Positions 43,866-54,273 of a stretch of 64,000 nt of DNA are shown piece by piece. A model generated the notes under the pieces. The model worked only from the letters and a program-made list of their open reading frames with translations, was not told where the DNA came from and ran no database searches. Where the stretch lies: NCBI GenBank assembly GCA_963764225.1, contig CAVXRL010000008.1, positions 126,362-190,361 on the forward strand, read 5' to 3'. A program made the translations under genes and the position numbers. Source of the stretch: an uncultured Actinomycetes bacterium. Lineage in GTDB: Bacteria; Actinomycetota; Thermoleophilia; UBA2241. Within the stretch, counting starts at the first letter, position 1. Each line of letters starts with the position of its first letter.

Positions 43866-44249
43866 ATGAGACGGACGCTTGCCGGAATGCTGCTCGCGCT
43901 GGCGGTGGTCGCGGCGGCCGCGACGCTGACCGCCTGTGGCCTGCAGGACAAGGCGATCGAGAACACGAGCGGCAAGATCGACGTGGCCAAGGACGCCGCC
44001 GTCAAGGCCCAGCTCATGATGGTCAAGACGGGCGTCCAGGCCTACATCGCCACCAACGGCTCGGTCCCCGCGGACGCCTCACAGGCCACGCTCGGCGGCT
44101 TCGTCGCGCCGTGGCCGGTCAACCCGTTCAGCAAGCAGCCGATGACGACCGGGGACGCAGCGGGCGACTACGTCTACACGCCGGGCGCCGGCACGGCGTA
44201 CACGCTGGCCGTCCATCTCTCGGACGGCAGCACGTACACCGCGCCCTGA
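43866..44249 (+). CDS. Small lipoprotein with a pseudopilin-like C-terminal domain.
   Basis: Lipobox LTAC. …AQLMMVKTGVQAYIATNGSVPA…WPVNPFSKQPMTTGDAAGDYVYTPGAGTAYTLAVHLSDGSTYTAP* (GspG-like DPWGNPYxY…Y.L.S.G.DG analogue). Confidence 0.5.
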   Translation: MRRTLAGMLLALAVVAAAATLTACGLQDKAIENTSGKIDVAKDAAVKAQLMMVKTGVQAYIATNGSVPADASQATLGGFVAPWPVNPFSKQPMTTGDAAGDYVYTPGAGTAYTLAVHLSDGSTYTAP

Positions 44250-44320
44250 TCACGGGCCGCGCCGCGGTTTGAGGCCCTCCCGCACTCCTGCTAGGGTCGC
44301 AGACTGAAGGGGGGCCGCAC

Positions 44321-45512
44321 GTGGAGGGATCCAAGCTCAGGGGCCGCCGCGCCAGACTCGCTCTCGTGGCGCTGGGCGCCGCGTGCCTGCTCGCCGTCTC
44401 CATCCCCATCGCGCTGAGCGACAGCGGCACGCCCACCTGGCAGCTCAAGAGCTACTACAGCCGCGGGGTCGACCGCAGCTTCAAGACCGACCTGTACGAG
44501 GAGATGGGCCGGGTGCCGCGGGTGCTCGTCTTCGGCGGCTCGCGCAGCCTGCGCATGGACCCGGCCACCATCAAACAGAAGACCGGGCTCGTCGCGTTCA
44601 ACTTCGGCATGCACAACGGGCATCCGGAGGACGCCTGGGCGTTCACCGACTACGCTCTGGACCAGCATCCCGACAAGCCGCCGGCGGTCATCTGGTGCGT
44701 GCAGGCGAGCCTGTTCAGGGACGTTCCGATGAACCCGGGGCTCATCGTCGATGAGCGGCTCTCACAGGCGTTCCCCAAGGCGCTCGATCGACGCCAAGAC
44801 GGCCTGGGCGATGAAGCAGCCCAAGCGGAACCTGCTCTCGAGCCGCCGGTACGGCTTCGACGGCATGCTGTGGTGGAACCTCTACGACGCCAGGCGCAAG
44901 CAGGGGCTCACCCTCCAGCGGTCGCTCACCGGGTACCTCGACGCCAAGATGCTGGCCAAGGCCGGCAACCGGCAGCTGCCGCGCAAGACCCGCGCCATGG
45001 CGTACTTCGTGCGCACCATCCGTCTGCTGAACACGTACAAGATCAAGCCCCTCATCGTGATCATGCCGTACCACCCGCGTGCCCTCTCGGCGTTCATGTC
45101 CGTGGGATGGGGGGTCAAGGAGCGGTGGCTCGAGAACTACCTTCGCAAGCTGCAGGAGCACGTGGACTTCAAGGTGCTCAACTGCCTGCGCCTCAGCACC
45201 TTCGGTGGTTCGCGGGACGGGTTCTACGACGGCGCTCACCTGACGGCGGGCAACTCGCGCAGGCTCATCCGCTACTGCGTCGCGCACGCGCCGGGCTGCT
45301 TCAAGCTGCCCAAGCCGCCGGCCCCCACTCCGACGCCGACACCTACTCCGAGCCCGTCTCCGAGCGAGAGCACCGCGCCGGCGCAGCCCGTGGCGCCGCC
45401 GGCGTACACGCCGGTGCCCGAAGAGACGAAGCGTGCCCGCCGACTTCCTCGAATGAGCCTGAGGCCGGGAGGCGCGGCCGCAGCGCACGCCTCCCGGCCT
45501 CATGCTCCGTGA
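44321..45512 (+). CDS. Secreted hypothetical protein with a C-terminal Pro/Thr/Ser-rich linker. Apparent frameshift near ~44770.
   Basis: Signal peptide LALVALGAACLLAVS. It continues in ORF 44751..45512 (…KIKPLIVIMPYHPRALSAF…PKPPAPTPTPTPTPSPSPSES…). Confidence 0.4.
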
Positions 45513-45531
45513 ACAGCCTTCTCGGCGCCCG

Positions 45532-46908
45532 TCACGCCCCGATCAGCTTCTTGACGTAGGTCGCCCGCTTGCTCGGGCGGCCCGTGCGCAGTTCCGCCTC
45601 GTCCGCGCTCCCCATGGCCAGGAGCGCCGCGTTCACGCCGATCCAGCGGAGCGGCTCCGGCTCCCAGGGCCTGGAGTGGTGGTTCACCCAGGGCAGCCCG
45701 GTGAGCTCGGTGGTCTGACCGAGGATGAGATCGCGCAGCGTCCGCCCCGCGAGGTTGGTCGTCGACACGCCGTCGCCGACGTAGGCGCCTGCCCAGGCCA
45801 TGCCGGTCGCGCGGTCCAGGCCGACCGAGGTGTACCAGTCGCGGGCGGCCGCCACCGCGCCGCCCCAGCGGTGCGTCACGGTGAACTCGCCGATGGACGG
45901 GAAGAGCTCGCCGGTGAGCGCCTTGAGGTGGTCCTGAACGGCAGGCACCCGCTCGTACGCCTCACTGAGCTTCGATCCGTAGTGGTAGGGCGCGCCACGG
46001 CCGCCCAGGGCGATGCGGCCGTCCTCGGTGTGCATGGCGTAGAAGATGAGGAACCGGTGGTCGCCGAACACCTCGCGGCCGCTCCAGCCCACCTCGTCCC
46101 AGAACGCCTGGGGCAGCGGCTCGGTGCCGATCATCAGCGAGTAGATGGGCACCAGCGCGCGCTCGTGACCGGGGAGCTCGGGCGTGAACGCCTCCGTGGC
46201 GCGGACGACGACGTCGGCGCGCACGTCGCCGAACGGGGTGGTGGCCACGCGCGGCTCGAGGCGAGTGACGGGCGTGCGCTCGTAGATGGGCACGCCCAGC
46301 TTCTCCACCACTTCCGCGAGGCCGCGCGCCAGCCGCGCCGGGTCCACGCAGGCGCCGTGAGGGGTGTACGTGGCGCCGAGGCACCCGGCCACCCTGATGC
46401 GCTCGCGCACGTCGGCGGCGCCGAGCAGCACGTAGTCCTCTTCGCCGAAGCCCCACGAGCGCTCGTACTCGATCTCCTTGCGAGCGCGCAGCAGCTGGAC
46501 CGGCGTGAGCGCGAGGTCCATCTGGCCGCCGAGGTGGAAGCGCGCGTCGATGCCCTCTTCGCCCACGACGCGCTGGATCTCGTACACGGTCCGGTGCAGC
46601 GCCCGCTGCTGGTCGACGACCGCCTGCCGTCCGTGCGTCTTCTCGGCCAGCTCGCGAGAGCCCGGGAAGATGGTGTGGCACCAGCCGCCGTTGCGGCCCG
46701 AGGCGCCGAACCCCGCGATCTCGCGTTCGATCACGGCGACGCGCAGGTGGGGGTCTGCGCTCTTCAGGTAGTAGGCCGTCCACAGCCCGGTGAACCCCGC
46801 GCCGACGATGGCGACGTCGACGTCGGTGGGGCCGGGGAGCGAGGGCCGGGGGGTGAGCTCGCCGGGGAGGCCGTCGAGCCACATGCTGCGCGCGCGGTAG
46901 TCGGTCAT
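45532..46908 (-). CDS. FAD-dependent oxidoreductase (DAO family).
   Basis: VDVAIVGAGFTGLWTAYYL… GxGxxG is followed by a DAO-type C-terminus (…GAYVGDGVSTTNLAGRTLRDLILG). Confidence 0.8.
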   Translation of the reverse strand: MTDYRARSMWLDGLPGELTPRPSLPGPTDVDVAIVGAGFTGLWTAYYLKSADPHLRVAVIEREIAGFGASGRNGGWCHTIFPGSRELAEKTHGRQAVVDQQRALHRTVYEIQRVVGEEGIDARFHLGGQMDLALTPVQLLRARKEIEYERSWGFGEEDYVLLGAADVRERIRVAGCLGATYTPHGACVDPARLARGLAEVVEKLGVPIYERTPVTRLEPRVATTPFGDVRADVVVRATEAFTPELPGHERALVPIYSLMIGTEPLPQAFWDEVGWSGREVFGDHRFLIFYAMHTEDGRIALGGRGAPYHYGSKLSEAYERVPAVQDHLKALTGELFPSIGEFTVTHRWGGAVAAARDWYTSVGLDRATGMAWAGAYVGDGVSTTNLAGRTLRDLILGQTTELTGLPWVNHHSRPWEPEPLRWIGVNAALLAMGSADEAELRTGRPSKRATYVKKLIGA

Positions 46909-47015
46909 GTCGGGCTCCTTGATGGTCGTCTCATGCTATCAACGTCGTCGTCGCAACGTGGGCACGGCGCGTTTGCCGTGGGGGACAAACAGAGGCAGGA
47001 CGACCGGCCTGGGAG

Positions 47016-47633
47016 GTGAGGCGCATGGAAGCGAGCAGGTTCGAGGAGGCGTACAGAGGGACGCCCCCGTGGGACATCGGGCGGCCGCAGCCGGCGCTCG
47101 AGCGCATCGCCGGCGAGGCCGACGTGCGGGGGCCGGTGCTGGACGCGGGGTGCGGCACCGGCGAGAACGCGCTGGCGTTCGCCGCCCGCGGCCTGGAGGT
47201 GGTCGGAGTGGACGCCGTCGCGGCTGCGGTGGAGGCCGCGCGCGCCAAAGCGAAGGCGCGCGGCCTGAGGGTCGAGTTCCACGTGCACGACGCGCTCGCG
47301 CTCGGCGGCCTCGGACGCCGGTTCGCGACCGTCGTCGACTCCGGGCTCTTCCACACGTTCGACGACGAGGAGCGGCGACGGTACGTGGCATCGCTCGCCG
47401 CCGTCACCGCTCCCGGCGCCCGGTTGTACGTGCTGTGCTTCAGCGAGCGCGAACCGGGCGGCGGAGGGCCGCGGCGCGTGACGCGAGCCGAGTTGCGCAC
47501 GGCGTTCGACCACCCGCCCTTCCGCGTGCTCGGCATCGAGCCGGCGGAGATGGCGACCAACCTCGAAGGCGGTGGTCGCAAGGCCTGGCTCGCGAGCATG
47601 GAGCGTCTGGCCGAGGACGGGGCCGCGGTCTAG
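47016..47633 (+). CDS. Class I SAM-dependent methyltransferase.
   Basis: VLDAGCGTGENALAFAARG (motif I) …RLYVLCF…. Confidence 0.8.
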   Translation: MRRMEASRFEEAYRGTPPWDIGRPQPALERIAGEADVRGPVLDAGCGTGENALAFAARGLEVVGVDAVAAAVEAARAKAKARGLRVEFHVHDALALGGLGRRFATVVDSGLFHTFDDEERRRYVASLAAVTAPGARLYVLCFSEREPGGGGPRRVTRAELRTAFDHPPFRVLGIEPAEMATNLEGGGRKAWLASMERLAEDGAAV

Positions 47634-48565
47634 GGGACGAGCACGAGCCGGCCGAGGGCGGGCCGCTCCATGAGCAGGCGGTGGGCCCGTGGGGCCTCCG
47701 CGAGCGGGAGCTCGCGGCCGACCACGGGCTTCAGCACGCCGCTGTGCAGGCCGGCGTCCACGGCGGCTCGCGCGGCCGCCACTTCGTCGGGCCGCGCGTT
47801 GGGCCCGCGCATGCCCAGCACCGTGCCCTCGGCGTTCATGAGGTCGCGGGCGTCGACCTCGACCGGTCCCCGGCTGCCCACGACCACCACGCGGCCGCGC
47901 TGCGCGAGCGCCCTGAGGTCGCCCCCCAGATTAACGTTGGCGAGGAACTCGATGATGATGTCGAAGCCTTGGCCTCCGGTGAGCTCGACCGCCGCGTCCA
48001 GGTGCGAGGGGTCGCGGTGGTCCATCACGCGCACGTCGCCCTGCGCGGCGACGAGTTCGCTGCCGGCCTCGCTGCCGGCGGTCCCGATCACGTCGAGGCC
48101 GGCGGCGACCGCCAGCTGCACGGTCGCGATGCCCACCCCGCCGCTCGCGCCGTGGATGAGGATCCGCTCGCCCTCCTGGGGCTGCGCGCGCTGGACGAGC
48201 GCGCGGTAGGCGGTGAAGTAGGGCACGCCGACGGCGGACCCCTGCGCGTAGGAGAGCGTGTCCGGCAGCGGCCGCACGTCCGCCTCGTGGCAGAGCGCGT
48301 ACTCGGCGTAGGTGCCGCTGAGCGAGCCGGTGACGTAGACGCGCTCGCCGGTGTCGGCACGCACGCCGGCGCCGTCGACCCCGGGGGTGTAGGGGAGGGC
48401 GGGCAGCTCGGTGTAGGCGCCCGCCCGCACGTAGGTCTCGAACGGGTTGACCCCGGCCGCCTGGATGCGGACCAGCACCTCGCCCTCCACGGGCTCGGGC
48501 TGGGGCACCTCCTCCAGCGCCAGGACGTCGGGGTCGCCGAACTCGTGGACGCGGACGGCGCGCAT
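47630..48565 (-). CDS. NADPH:quinone oxidoreductase / zinc-type ADH superfamily (Qor-like).
   Basis: MRAVRVHEFGDPDVLALEEVPQP…VLVRIQAAGVNPFETYVRAG…ILIHGASGGVGIATVQLA. Its TAG stop overlaps the TAG stop of the convergent gene. Confidence 0.85.
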   Translation of the reverse strand: MRAVRVHEFGDPDVLALEEVPQPEPVEGEVLVRIQAAGVNPFETYVRAGAYTELPALPYTPGVDGAGVRADTGERVYVTGSLSGTYAEYALCHEADVRPLPDTLSYAQGSAVGVPYFTAYRALVQRAQPQEGERILIHGASGGVGIATVQLAVAAGLDVIGTAGSEAGSELVAAQGDVRVMDHRDPSHLDAAVELTGGQGFDIIIEFLANVNLGGDLRALAQRGRVVVVGSRGPVEVDARDLMNAEGTVLGMRGPNARPDEVAAARAAVDAGLHSGVLKPVVGRELPLAEAPRAHRLLMERPALGRLVLVP

Positions 48566-48569
48566 GGGC

Positions 48570-50048
48570 TCAGTCTCCTATGGGGTGGAGGGAGCCGGCG
48601 ACGCGCGCCAGCTCCGCACGTGTGAGGTCGCCCGCCACACTGACGGAGACCTCGTGGCGGGCTCCGGTGGTGAGGTAGAGGTGCGGCCAGTCGGGCAGGC
48701 CGAGCACCACCCGGGCGTCGGCGCCGCTGAGGCTGCCGGAGGTGATGTCGACGGGCGTGGACTCGGTGAGCGCCACGGAGTTCTCGTCGAAGGGGTCGTC
48801 CGAGCCGGGCGGGTTGTCTTCGCGCCAGCGGCTGACGATGCAGAAGCGGTCGAACCCTCGCTCGTAGGTGAGCACGACGGTGAGTGAGGCGACGTCTCCG
48901 GCTTCGACCGGCCGGTAGCGCCCGAGGTAGGCGCCGTTGACGGCGCCGGTGACGCCGCCGAGGCGGTAGCCGGCCGGCACCCAGGCGGCCCGGTAGGGTG
49001 TGAACGGCGTGGTCGCGCGAGCGCCCAGGGCGGCCGCCTGCGCCAGGCTCAGGCGGCGGAAGCGCTCGCTCATCGGCAGGAGCTTGTCCTGCACGTCGGC
49101 GTCGAGCACGAAGCGGCTGCGCGGCACCTCGCCGCCGACCTTCACGTTCTCGATGCGCGTCCCGCTCACGTCGCCGTCGCTGGTCCAGTGCTCCACGGCG
49201 AGTGGATACCCCGACTGCGCGTCGACCACGATGCGCACCGTACCTTCGCTGCCGCCGCCGGCCAGGGGCTCCGGCACCGTGATGGACCACGCCGTGCGCC
49301 CCTCCCACATGACCGGCGTGACCGGCACGTCGGGCTCGAGCTCGGCGATCACGGCGCGGGCGTAGGCGGCCACGCTGCGGTCAAGCACCTGGGAGGCGCC
49401 CATCCACGGGCTGAAGAACGGCCCCGGGTCGGGCAGGTCGCGGGCCGCGTCAGAGTACAGGGCCTTGCCGTCACGGAACACGTAGCGGCGGGCCACCCGC
49501 TTCTCGGCGTCGTAGGTGTAGGCGACGTTCTGGCTGCGCTGCACGATGCGGTAGTCGCCGCGCGAGGTGAACGTGAACGAGCCGGTGCGGCGGGAGAACG
49601 GCCGTCCGCGGGCGGTGCCGTACTCCACCACGTCGCCGCTGATGGTGGTGAGGTTGGCGAGCGCCCGCTGCACGCTCTGCAGTACCGTGCGCGCGGTGGC
49701 CGGAGGCGGTGTGGAGCGCTGGATGCCGGGCAGCCCGGACCACGTGACGGCGACGGCCGCGACCACGGCCGCGGCGACCGCGGCGACCGCGGCCAAGCGG
49801 ATGCCGAGACGGCGCCTGGGCGTGGGCGGCGGCAGGCGGCGCACCGGTGGGCGAGCCCTTTGCGCCGGCGGGCGGCCGTCGTCGCCGGCCGCCTCGCGCA
49901 CGCGCTCGCGGATGCGCTCGAAGTGGTCCGGTGCGTGCGGCGGCACCGGCGACTCGCGCAGCTCGCGGCCGAGCTCGTCTTCCCAGAGCCGGCCGGCCCG
50001 CGTTCCTTCGACGCCGCGCTCGAAGCTCCGTCTGCGGCGACCGGTCAC
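48570..50048 (-). CDS. Putative anti-sigma factor / membrane-anchored extracytoplasmic protein.
   Basis: GTG start overlapping the sigma-factor stop (GTGA). A cytoplasmic N-terminus, one TM helix (LAAVAAVAAAVVAAVAV) and a ~400-aa extracytoplasmic domain. Confidence 0.5.
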   Translation of the reverse strand: MTGRRRRSFERGVEGTRAGRLWEDELGRELRESPVPPHAPDHFERIRERVREAAGDDGRPPAQRARPPVRRLPPPTPRRRLGIRLAAVAAVAAAVVAAVAVTWSGLPGIQRSTPPPATARTVLQSVQRALANLTTISGDVVEYGTARGRPFSRRTGSFTFTSRGDYRIVQRSQNVAYTYDAEKRVARRYVFRDGKALYSDAARDLPDPGPFFSPWMGASQVLDRSVAAYARAVIAELEPDVPVTPVMWEGRTAWSITVPEPLAGGGSEGTVRIVVDAQSGYPLAVEHWTSDGDVSGTRIENVKVGGEVPRSRFVLDADVQDKLLPMSERFRRLSLAQAAALGARATTPFTPYRAAWVPAGYRLGGVTGAVNGAYLGRYRPVEAGDVASLTVVLTYERGFDRFCIVSRWREDNPPGSDDPFDENSVALTESTPVDITSGSLSGADARVVLGLPDWPHLYLTTGARHEVSVSVAGDLTRAELARVAGSLHPIGD

Positions 50049-50626
50049 GACGTCTGCTCCCGCGCCAAGGCAGGCTCGGTGAGCAGCCGCCGCAGGCGCA
50101 CGCGGGCGGCGGCGAGCCGCGAGCACACGGTCCCCTCGGGCACGCCGACGACCTCGCCGGCCGTGCGGTAGTCGTAGCCGTACTGGTGCACGAGCACGAT
50201 GAGCACGCGCTGCTCCACCGGGAGCCTGTCCAGCGCCTCCTCCAGGTCCGCCCACCGGGTGACGATGTCGCACGGGTCGTCGTCCGCGGCGAGGTCCCTC
50301 AGCGCGTCCTCGTTGGTCAGCAACTGGAAGCGGCGCTCACGCCGGAGGTGATCGAGGCACGTGGTGTACGTGATGCGGTAGAGCCACGTGCCCACCTCGC
50401 TCTCGCCCCGGAAGCCGCGGAGCGACTGGTAGGCTTTGATCGACGCGTCCTGGAGGGCGTCGTCCATGAGCACGGGGTCGCGCAGCATGCGGAACGCGAG
50501 TGCGCGCAGGCGGCTGTCGTAGTGCTTGAGCATGCGCACGAACGCCTCACGGTCGCCGCGCTGGGCCGCGCGTACGGTCTGCGCGTCGACCTCGCGTTCT
50601 GCCGGATCGTAGTAGGCCACTCGCAC
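50045..50626 (-). CDS. ECF (sigma-70 family) RNA polymerase sigma factor.
   Basis: Region 2 …FRMLRDPVLMDDALQDASIKAYQSL… and region 4 …YDYRTAGEVVGVPEGTVCSRLAAARVRLRR…. Confidence 0.85.
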   Translation of the reverse strand: MRVAYYDPAEREVDAQTVRAAQRGDREAFVRMLKHYDSRLRALAFRMLRDPVLMDDALQDASIKAYQSLRGFRGESEVGTWLYRITYTTCLDHLRRERRFQLLTNEDALRDLAADDDPCDIVTRWADLEEALDRLPVEQRVLIVLVHQYGYDYRTAGEVVGVPEGTVCSRLAAARVRLRRLLTEPALAREQTS

Positions 50627-50802
50627 CCATCCCCGCCCCCGCGGTGTGCCTTGTGCAGTCTCGGGGGCTTAGACGCCCGTGCCACGGCGATCCGTCGCTC
50701 GGACGCGTTGTACCCGATTCTATCGCTGAAGACGCGAGGCCGCCCGCCACGAGGGCGGGCGGCCTCCGAGTGCGGCCGCCGGAACGCGCGAGCGTCGCCG
50801 GC

Positions 50803-51884
50803 TCAGGGCACCGAATACGTCAGGCCGTTGCTCAGGTACCCGGTGAGCTTGAACGCCTGACCGCCGCTCAACTGCTCGTACACGTAGCTGCCTGGCGACG
50901 TGCCGGGCGCCATGGGCTGACTGGTGAACGGGTTGGTCGGCCAGGGGTCCACGTACTGCGAGATGCCGGCGCCCTGCACGACGTCCTGCGGCGGCGGGTA
51001 GAGGTTGTTGTTGTTCGCCGCCCACGCCACGATGCCCACCTGCAGCGCGGCGACGTTGTCCTGCACCTGCTGGTCCGCGTTGGGAGAAGGAGACGTCGTG
51101 GGGCTCGCGGTCGCGGTCGGCGTGGGCGAGGCCGGCGCGGTCGGCAGAGGCGACGCGGTCGTCGGCGTCGGCGTGGGGGACGCGGCGCCCGGCAGCAGCA
51201 CGTCGACGCGCACGTAGCTGATGGGCTTGAGCTGCAGGGTCCCCGACGAGAACTGCAGCGTCAGGGAGTCGTCCGCGCTGTCGTGCGTGAGCGTCCCCTG
51301 CACCGACCCGGTGACGTCGGTGAGGCCGACGGCGGAGGCCTTCACGGTGAGCTGGAGCTGGTCACCTTCGAGCGTGGCGGTGGTGGATCCGGCCGGCTTG
51401 AGCTCGGGGTCGTACTGCGTCACCTTGAACTGGTCGCCGTCCTGCTTGATGACCAGCCCGCCGCCGGTGCCGGCCTCGGGCGCCCAGGTGCCGACGAAGA
51501 CCTCGCCGCCCGTCGTGGCCGTGCCGCCGGGGCGCAGGTAGAAGTACCAGAGTGCGGCGACCGCCGCGACGACCGCCAGCGCCACCAGCAGCCACACCCA
51601 CCACGGCACACCGCGGTCGGACGGTGGCCGGCCGTGGGTCCTGACGAGAGTCGGCTGGGCGGGCGGCGGCGGAGGCGGAGCCTCTCCCGCCGCCGGCATC
51701 ACCCGTGTCGCCCCGGTGTCGGCGCCGGGCATGACCCGGGTCTCGTCCTCGCCGGACGGCATGACCCGGGTCTCGTCCTCGTCGTCGGGCGGATCACCCG
51801 CGTCGCGTCCTCGTCGTCGGGCGGAGTCACCCGCGTCAGCTCTTCGTCGTCTCCGGGCAGTCTGCCCGTGCTCTCGTCGTCCAT
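50803..51884 (-). CDS. Membrane-anchored protein with cytoplasmic DDEDxTRVxP tandem repeats and a Pro-rich segment. It has one TM helix, a GTW-type domain, a PT linker and a C-terminal pseudopilin-like domain. Apparent frameshift near ~51780.
   Basis: …WWVWLLVALAVVAAVAALWYFY…EVFVGTWAPEAGTGGGLVIKQDGDQFKVT…PTPTPTT…NNNNLYPPPQDVVQGAGISQYVDPWPTNPFTSQPMAPGTSPGSYVYEQLSGGQAFKLTGYLSNGLTYSVP*. Confidence 0.5.
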
Positions 51885-51974
51885 GCTCGCCCTCCGCGGC
51901 CGGTGACGCCGGGTGTGGTCAGTGATGAGTCTGTACTACTTTGCCCAAGAGGCTCGGTTCCCTGTCCCCTCGGT

Positions 51975-53291
51975 TCACTCCGGGCCCCGTCCGGCGCCTG
52001 CGGACGACTCCACGGCCGACCAGAGCTCGAAGAAGGTGGGGCAGGTCTTTGCCACGCAGCCGGGGTCTTCGACGACGATCCCGGGCACCCGCAGCCCCAG
52101 CACGGAGAACGCCATGGCGATGCGGTGGTCGCCGTGCGGGTCGATGCGCGCGCCGTGAGGCGTGGCGGGGAACACGCGCAGGGAGTCGGGGCCGGACTCA
52201 GTGGTCACCCCGGTCCGGCCCAGGTTCTCCTCCACGGCGGCGATGCGGTCCGACTCCTTGAGACGCACGTTGCCGATGCCCGTCATGGTGACCGGCGACG
52301 TCGCGAAGGGCGCGACGGCCGCCAGGGTCATGAAGGTGTCCGGGATGTCGCTCATGTCGACGGTGAGGCCGGCGAGCGCAGCAGGCCCGGCCACCATCAC
52401 ACCGTCCGCTTCGTCGGCGACGGTGCAGCCCATGCACTCCAGCACGTCCAGGAAAGCCAGGTCACCCTGCAGCGCCCCCGCGCGGTGCAGACCGAGCACC
52501 TTGACGCGGCCGCCGGTGGCGGCCGCGGCGGCGAAGAAGTACGAGGCGGTGGAGGCGTCGGGTTCGACGTCGTAGTCGCGGGGGCCGTAGGCGCCGGGCG
52601 TGACCAGGAAGTGATCGTCGTCTGCGCGGGCGCCGTGGCCGAAGCTCTCCATCATGCGCAGGGTCATCTCGACGTAGGGCCGCGAGACGAGTCCGTCCAC
52701 GCGCAGGTCGAGTGGTCCGCGGGCGAGCGGCGCCGCCATGAGCAGCGCCGAGACGAACTGGCTGGAGGTGTCGCCGGGGAGCCGCAGGCTGCCCCCGGCG
52801 AGCCCGCCGGCGCGGAGCGTGAGCGGCAGGCCATCGGCTTCTTCCGGCTCCGTGCGCGCGCCTTGAGCGCGCAGCGCCTGGAGCAGCAGCCCGAGCGGGC
52901 GGCGCCGCAGCTGCGGCGCCGCGTCGAACCGGTACGCGCCGCGGCCCGCCGCGGCCGCCGCCAGCAGGAACCGGGCAGCCGTGCCGGCCTCGGCGCAGTC
53001 GACGTCCGCCTCGGCCGCCGGGAAGGGACCGCCGGCGCCGTCCACCACCACCCGGTCGCCGCTCCGGTCGACGGCCACGCCGAGGCTGCGCAGTCCGGCG
53101 GCGAACGCGTCCGTGTCGCCGGCCTCGAGCGCCCCGCGGAGCACGGAGCGGCCGGCCGCGAGGCCGGCCAGCAGCAGCGCGCGGTTGGTCACGCTCTTGG
53201 AGCCCGGCACGCGCACCACGGCGTCCAGGCCGGGCCGCACCGGACGGATGGGACGCGGGGCGCTGGGCGGGGACTCGCTCATCGCCCGCAT
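51975..53291 (-). CDS. aroA: 3-phosphoshikimate 1-carboxyvinyltransferase (EPSP synthase).
   Basis: …VRVPGSKSVTNRALLLAGLAAG…DCAEAGTAARFL…GDTSSQFVSALLMAAP…. Confidence 0.9.
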   Translation of the reverse strand: MRAMSESPPSAPRPIRPVRPGLDAVVRVPGSKSVTNRALLLAGLAAGRSVLRGALEAGDTDAFAAGLRSLGVAVDRSGDRVVVDGAGGPFPAAEADVDCAEAGTAARFLLAAAAAGRGAYRFDAAPQLRRRPLGLLLQALRAQGARTEPEEADGLPLTLRAGGLAGGSLRLPGDTSSQFVSALLMAAPLARGPLDLRVDGLVSRPYVEMTLRMMESFGHGARADDDHFLVTPGAYGPRDYDVEPDASTASYFFAAAAATGGRVKVLGLHRAGALQGDLAFLDVLECMGCTVADEADGVMVAGPAALAGLTVDMSDIPDTFMTLAAVAPFATSPVTMTGIGNVRLKESDRIAAVEENLGRTGVTTESGPDSLRVFPATPHGARIDPHGDHRIAMAFSVLGLRVPGIVVEDPGCVAKTCPTFFELWSAVESSAGAGRGPE

Positions 53292-53322
53292 GATATCGCA
53301 GCGCGGGTGGCCGCCCGTCGGG

Positions 53323-54273
53323 TCACCCGTCGAGGCGCCTGGAGTACAGCTCGTAGGCCTCACTCGCCTGCAGGCCGGCGCGCTCGTACAGGCGCAGCGG
53401 CCGCGTCACGCCCTCTGCGTCCACGCTCAGGTCCACGCGCGACTGCCCCTGCGCCTTGAACGCGGCCAGCGCGTGCGCGAGCAGCGCGGCGCCGAGACCG
53501 CGTCGTCGCCAGGGGCGCCTCACGCCGAGACCCTGGATCCAGCCGAGGTCGCCGTGGTCGTACGCGATGACGCCGCCCGCCGCCTCGCCGGCGGCGTCGT
53601 CCCACGCCAGCCACCAGAACTCGGGCAGGAAGTTGGGGTGCCCGAGCAGCCTGGCCTTCCACGCCTCGAACGGCTCGTCGCTGCGGCGGAAGTGGTCCAC
53701 GAACGCGTCGTGCATGGTCTCGAACATGACGTGCTCGTCGACGCCGGGGCGGAACGTTCGGATCTCGAGTCCCTCGGGGACTTCGTCCGCGTCGGCCTCC
53801 GGCACGTACTCGCCCAGGTCCATCGACATCCGGTACACCGTCCGCTTGAGCTCGTAGCCGTGGTTGCGCAGCAGGTCGCGCTTGGCCCTGCTGGCGGCCA
53901 CACAGTAGATGTCCAGCGTCGCCGCCTCGTAGCCACGCTCTACGGCGAGCGCGGCGGCGCGCCGTTCGGCGAGCCCGAGCAGCCGTCCCCGCAACTCGGG
54001 CTCATAGTGATCCGGGTGCACCCAGAGATCGGCCTCGAGCTCCCCGGTGCGGAACTGGTCGCCCGCGTAGGCGTAGCCCACCAGCCCTCCGGGACCCTCC
54101 GCCACCCAGGCGTCCCGGGACGGGTCGAACCCGTCTATCGCCCAGTCGTTCTCCAGGTCCTCGAGCGTGCTGTCAGGTTCTCCGACCTCGGCCACGTCGC
54201 AGGCGTTGAGCAGGTCGACGATCTCGGGGGCGTCGCCGCGCGTGGCCGGGCGGATGCGGCTCGGTGCGGTCAC
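53323..54273 (-). CDS. Tandem-GNAT acetyltransferase (mycothiol synthase MshD-like).
   Basis: Two GNAT folds (…GLVGYAYAG… and …IQGLGVRRPWRRRGLGAALLAHAL…). GTG start overlapping the upstream stop (GTGA). Confidence 0.65.
   Translation of the reverse strand: MTAPSRIRPATRGDAPEIVDLLNACDVAEVGEPDSTLEDLENDWAIDGFDPSRDAWVAEGPGGLVGYAYAGDQFRTGELEADLWVHPDHYEPELRGRLLGLAERRAAALAVERGYEAATLDIYCVAASRAKRDLLRNHGYELKRTVYRMSMDLGEYVPEADADEVPEGLEIRTFRPGVDEHVMFETMHDAFVDHFRRSDEPFEAWKARLLGHPNFLPEFWWLAWDDAAGEAAGGVIAYDHGDLGWIQGLGVRRPWRRRGLGAALLAHALAAFKAQGQSRVDLSVDAEGVTRPLRLYERAGLQASEAYELYSRRLDG

Noticed and set aside
45532-47633. The FAD oxidoreductase and SAM methyltransferase next to mtbB as dedicated methylamine-pathway partners (for example a glycine-betaine or DMA-oxidising module).
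   Set aside because: Both are generic families (DAO-type, class I MTase). They are convergent or unlinked in orientation and have no corrinoid-binding motif. Functional linkage cannot be supported from sequence alone.
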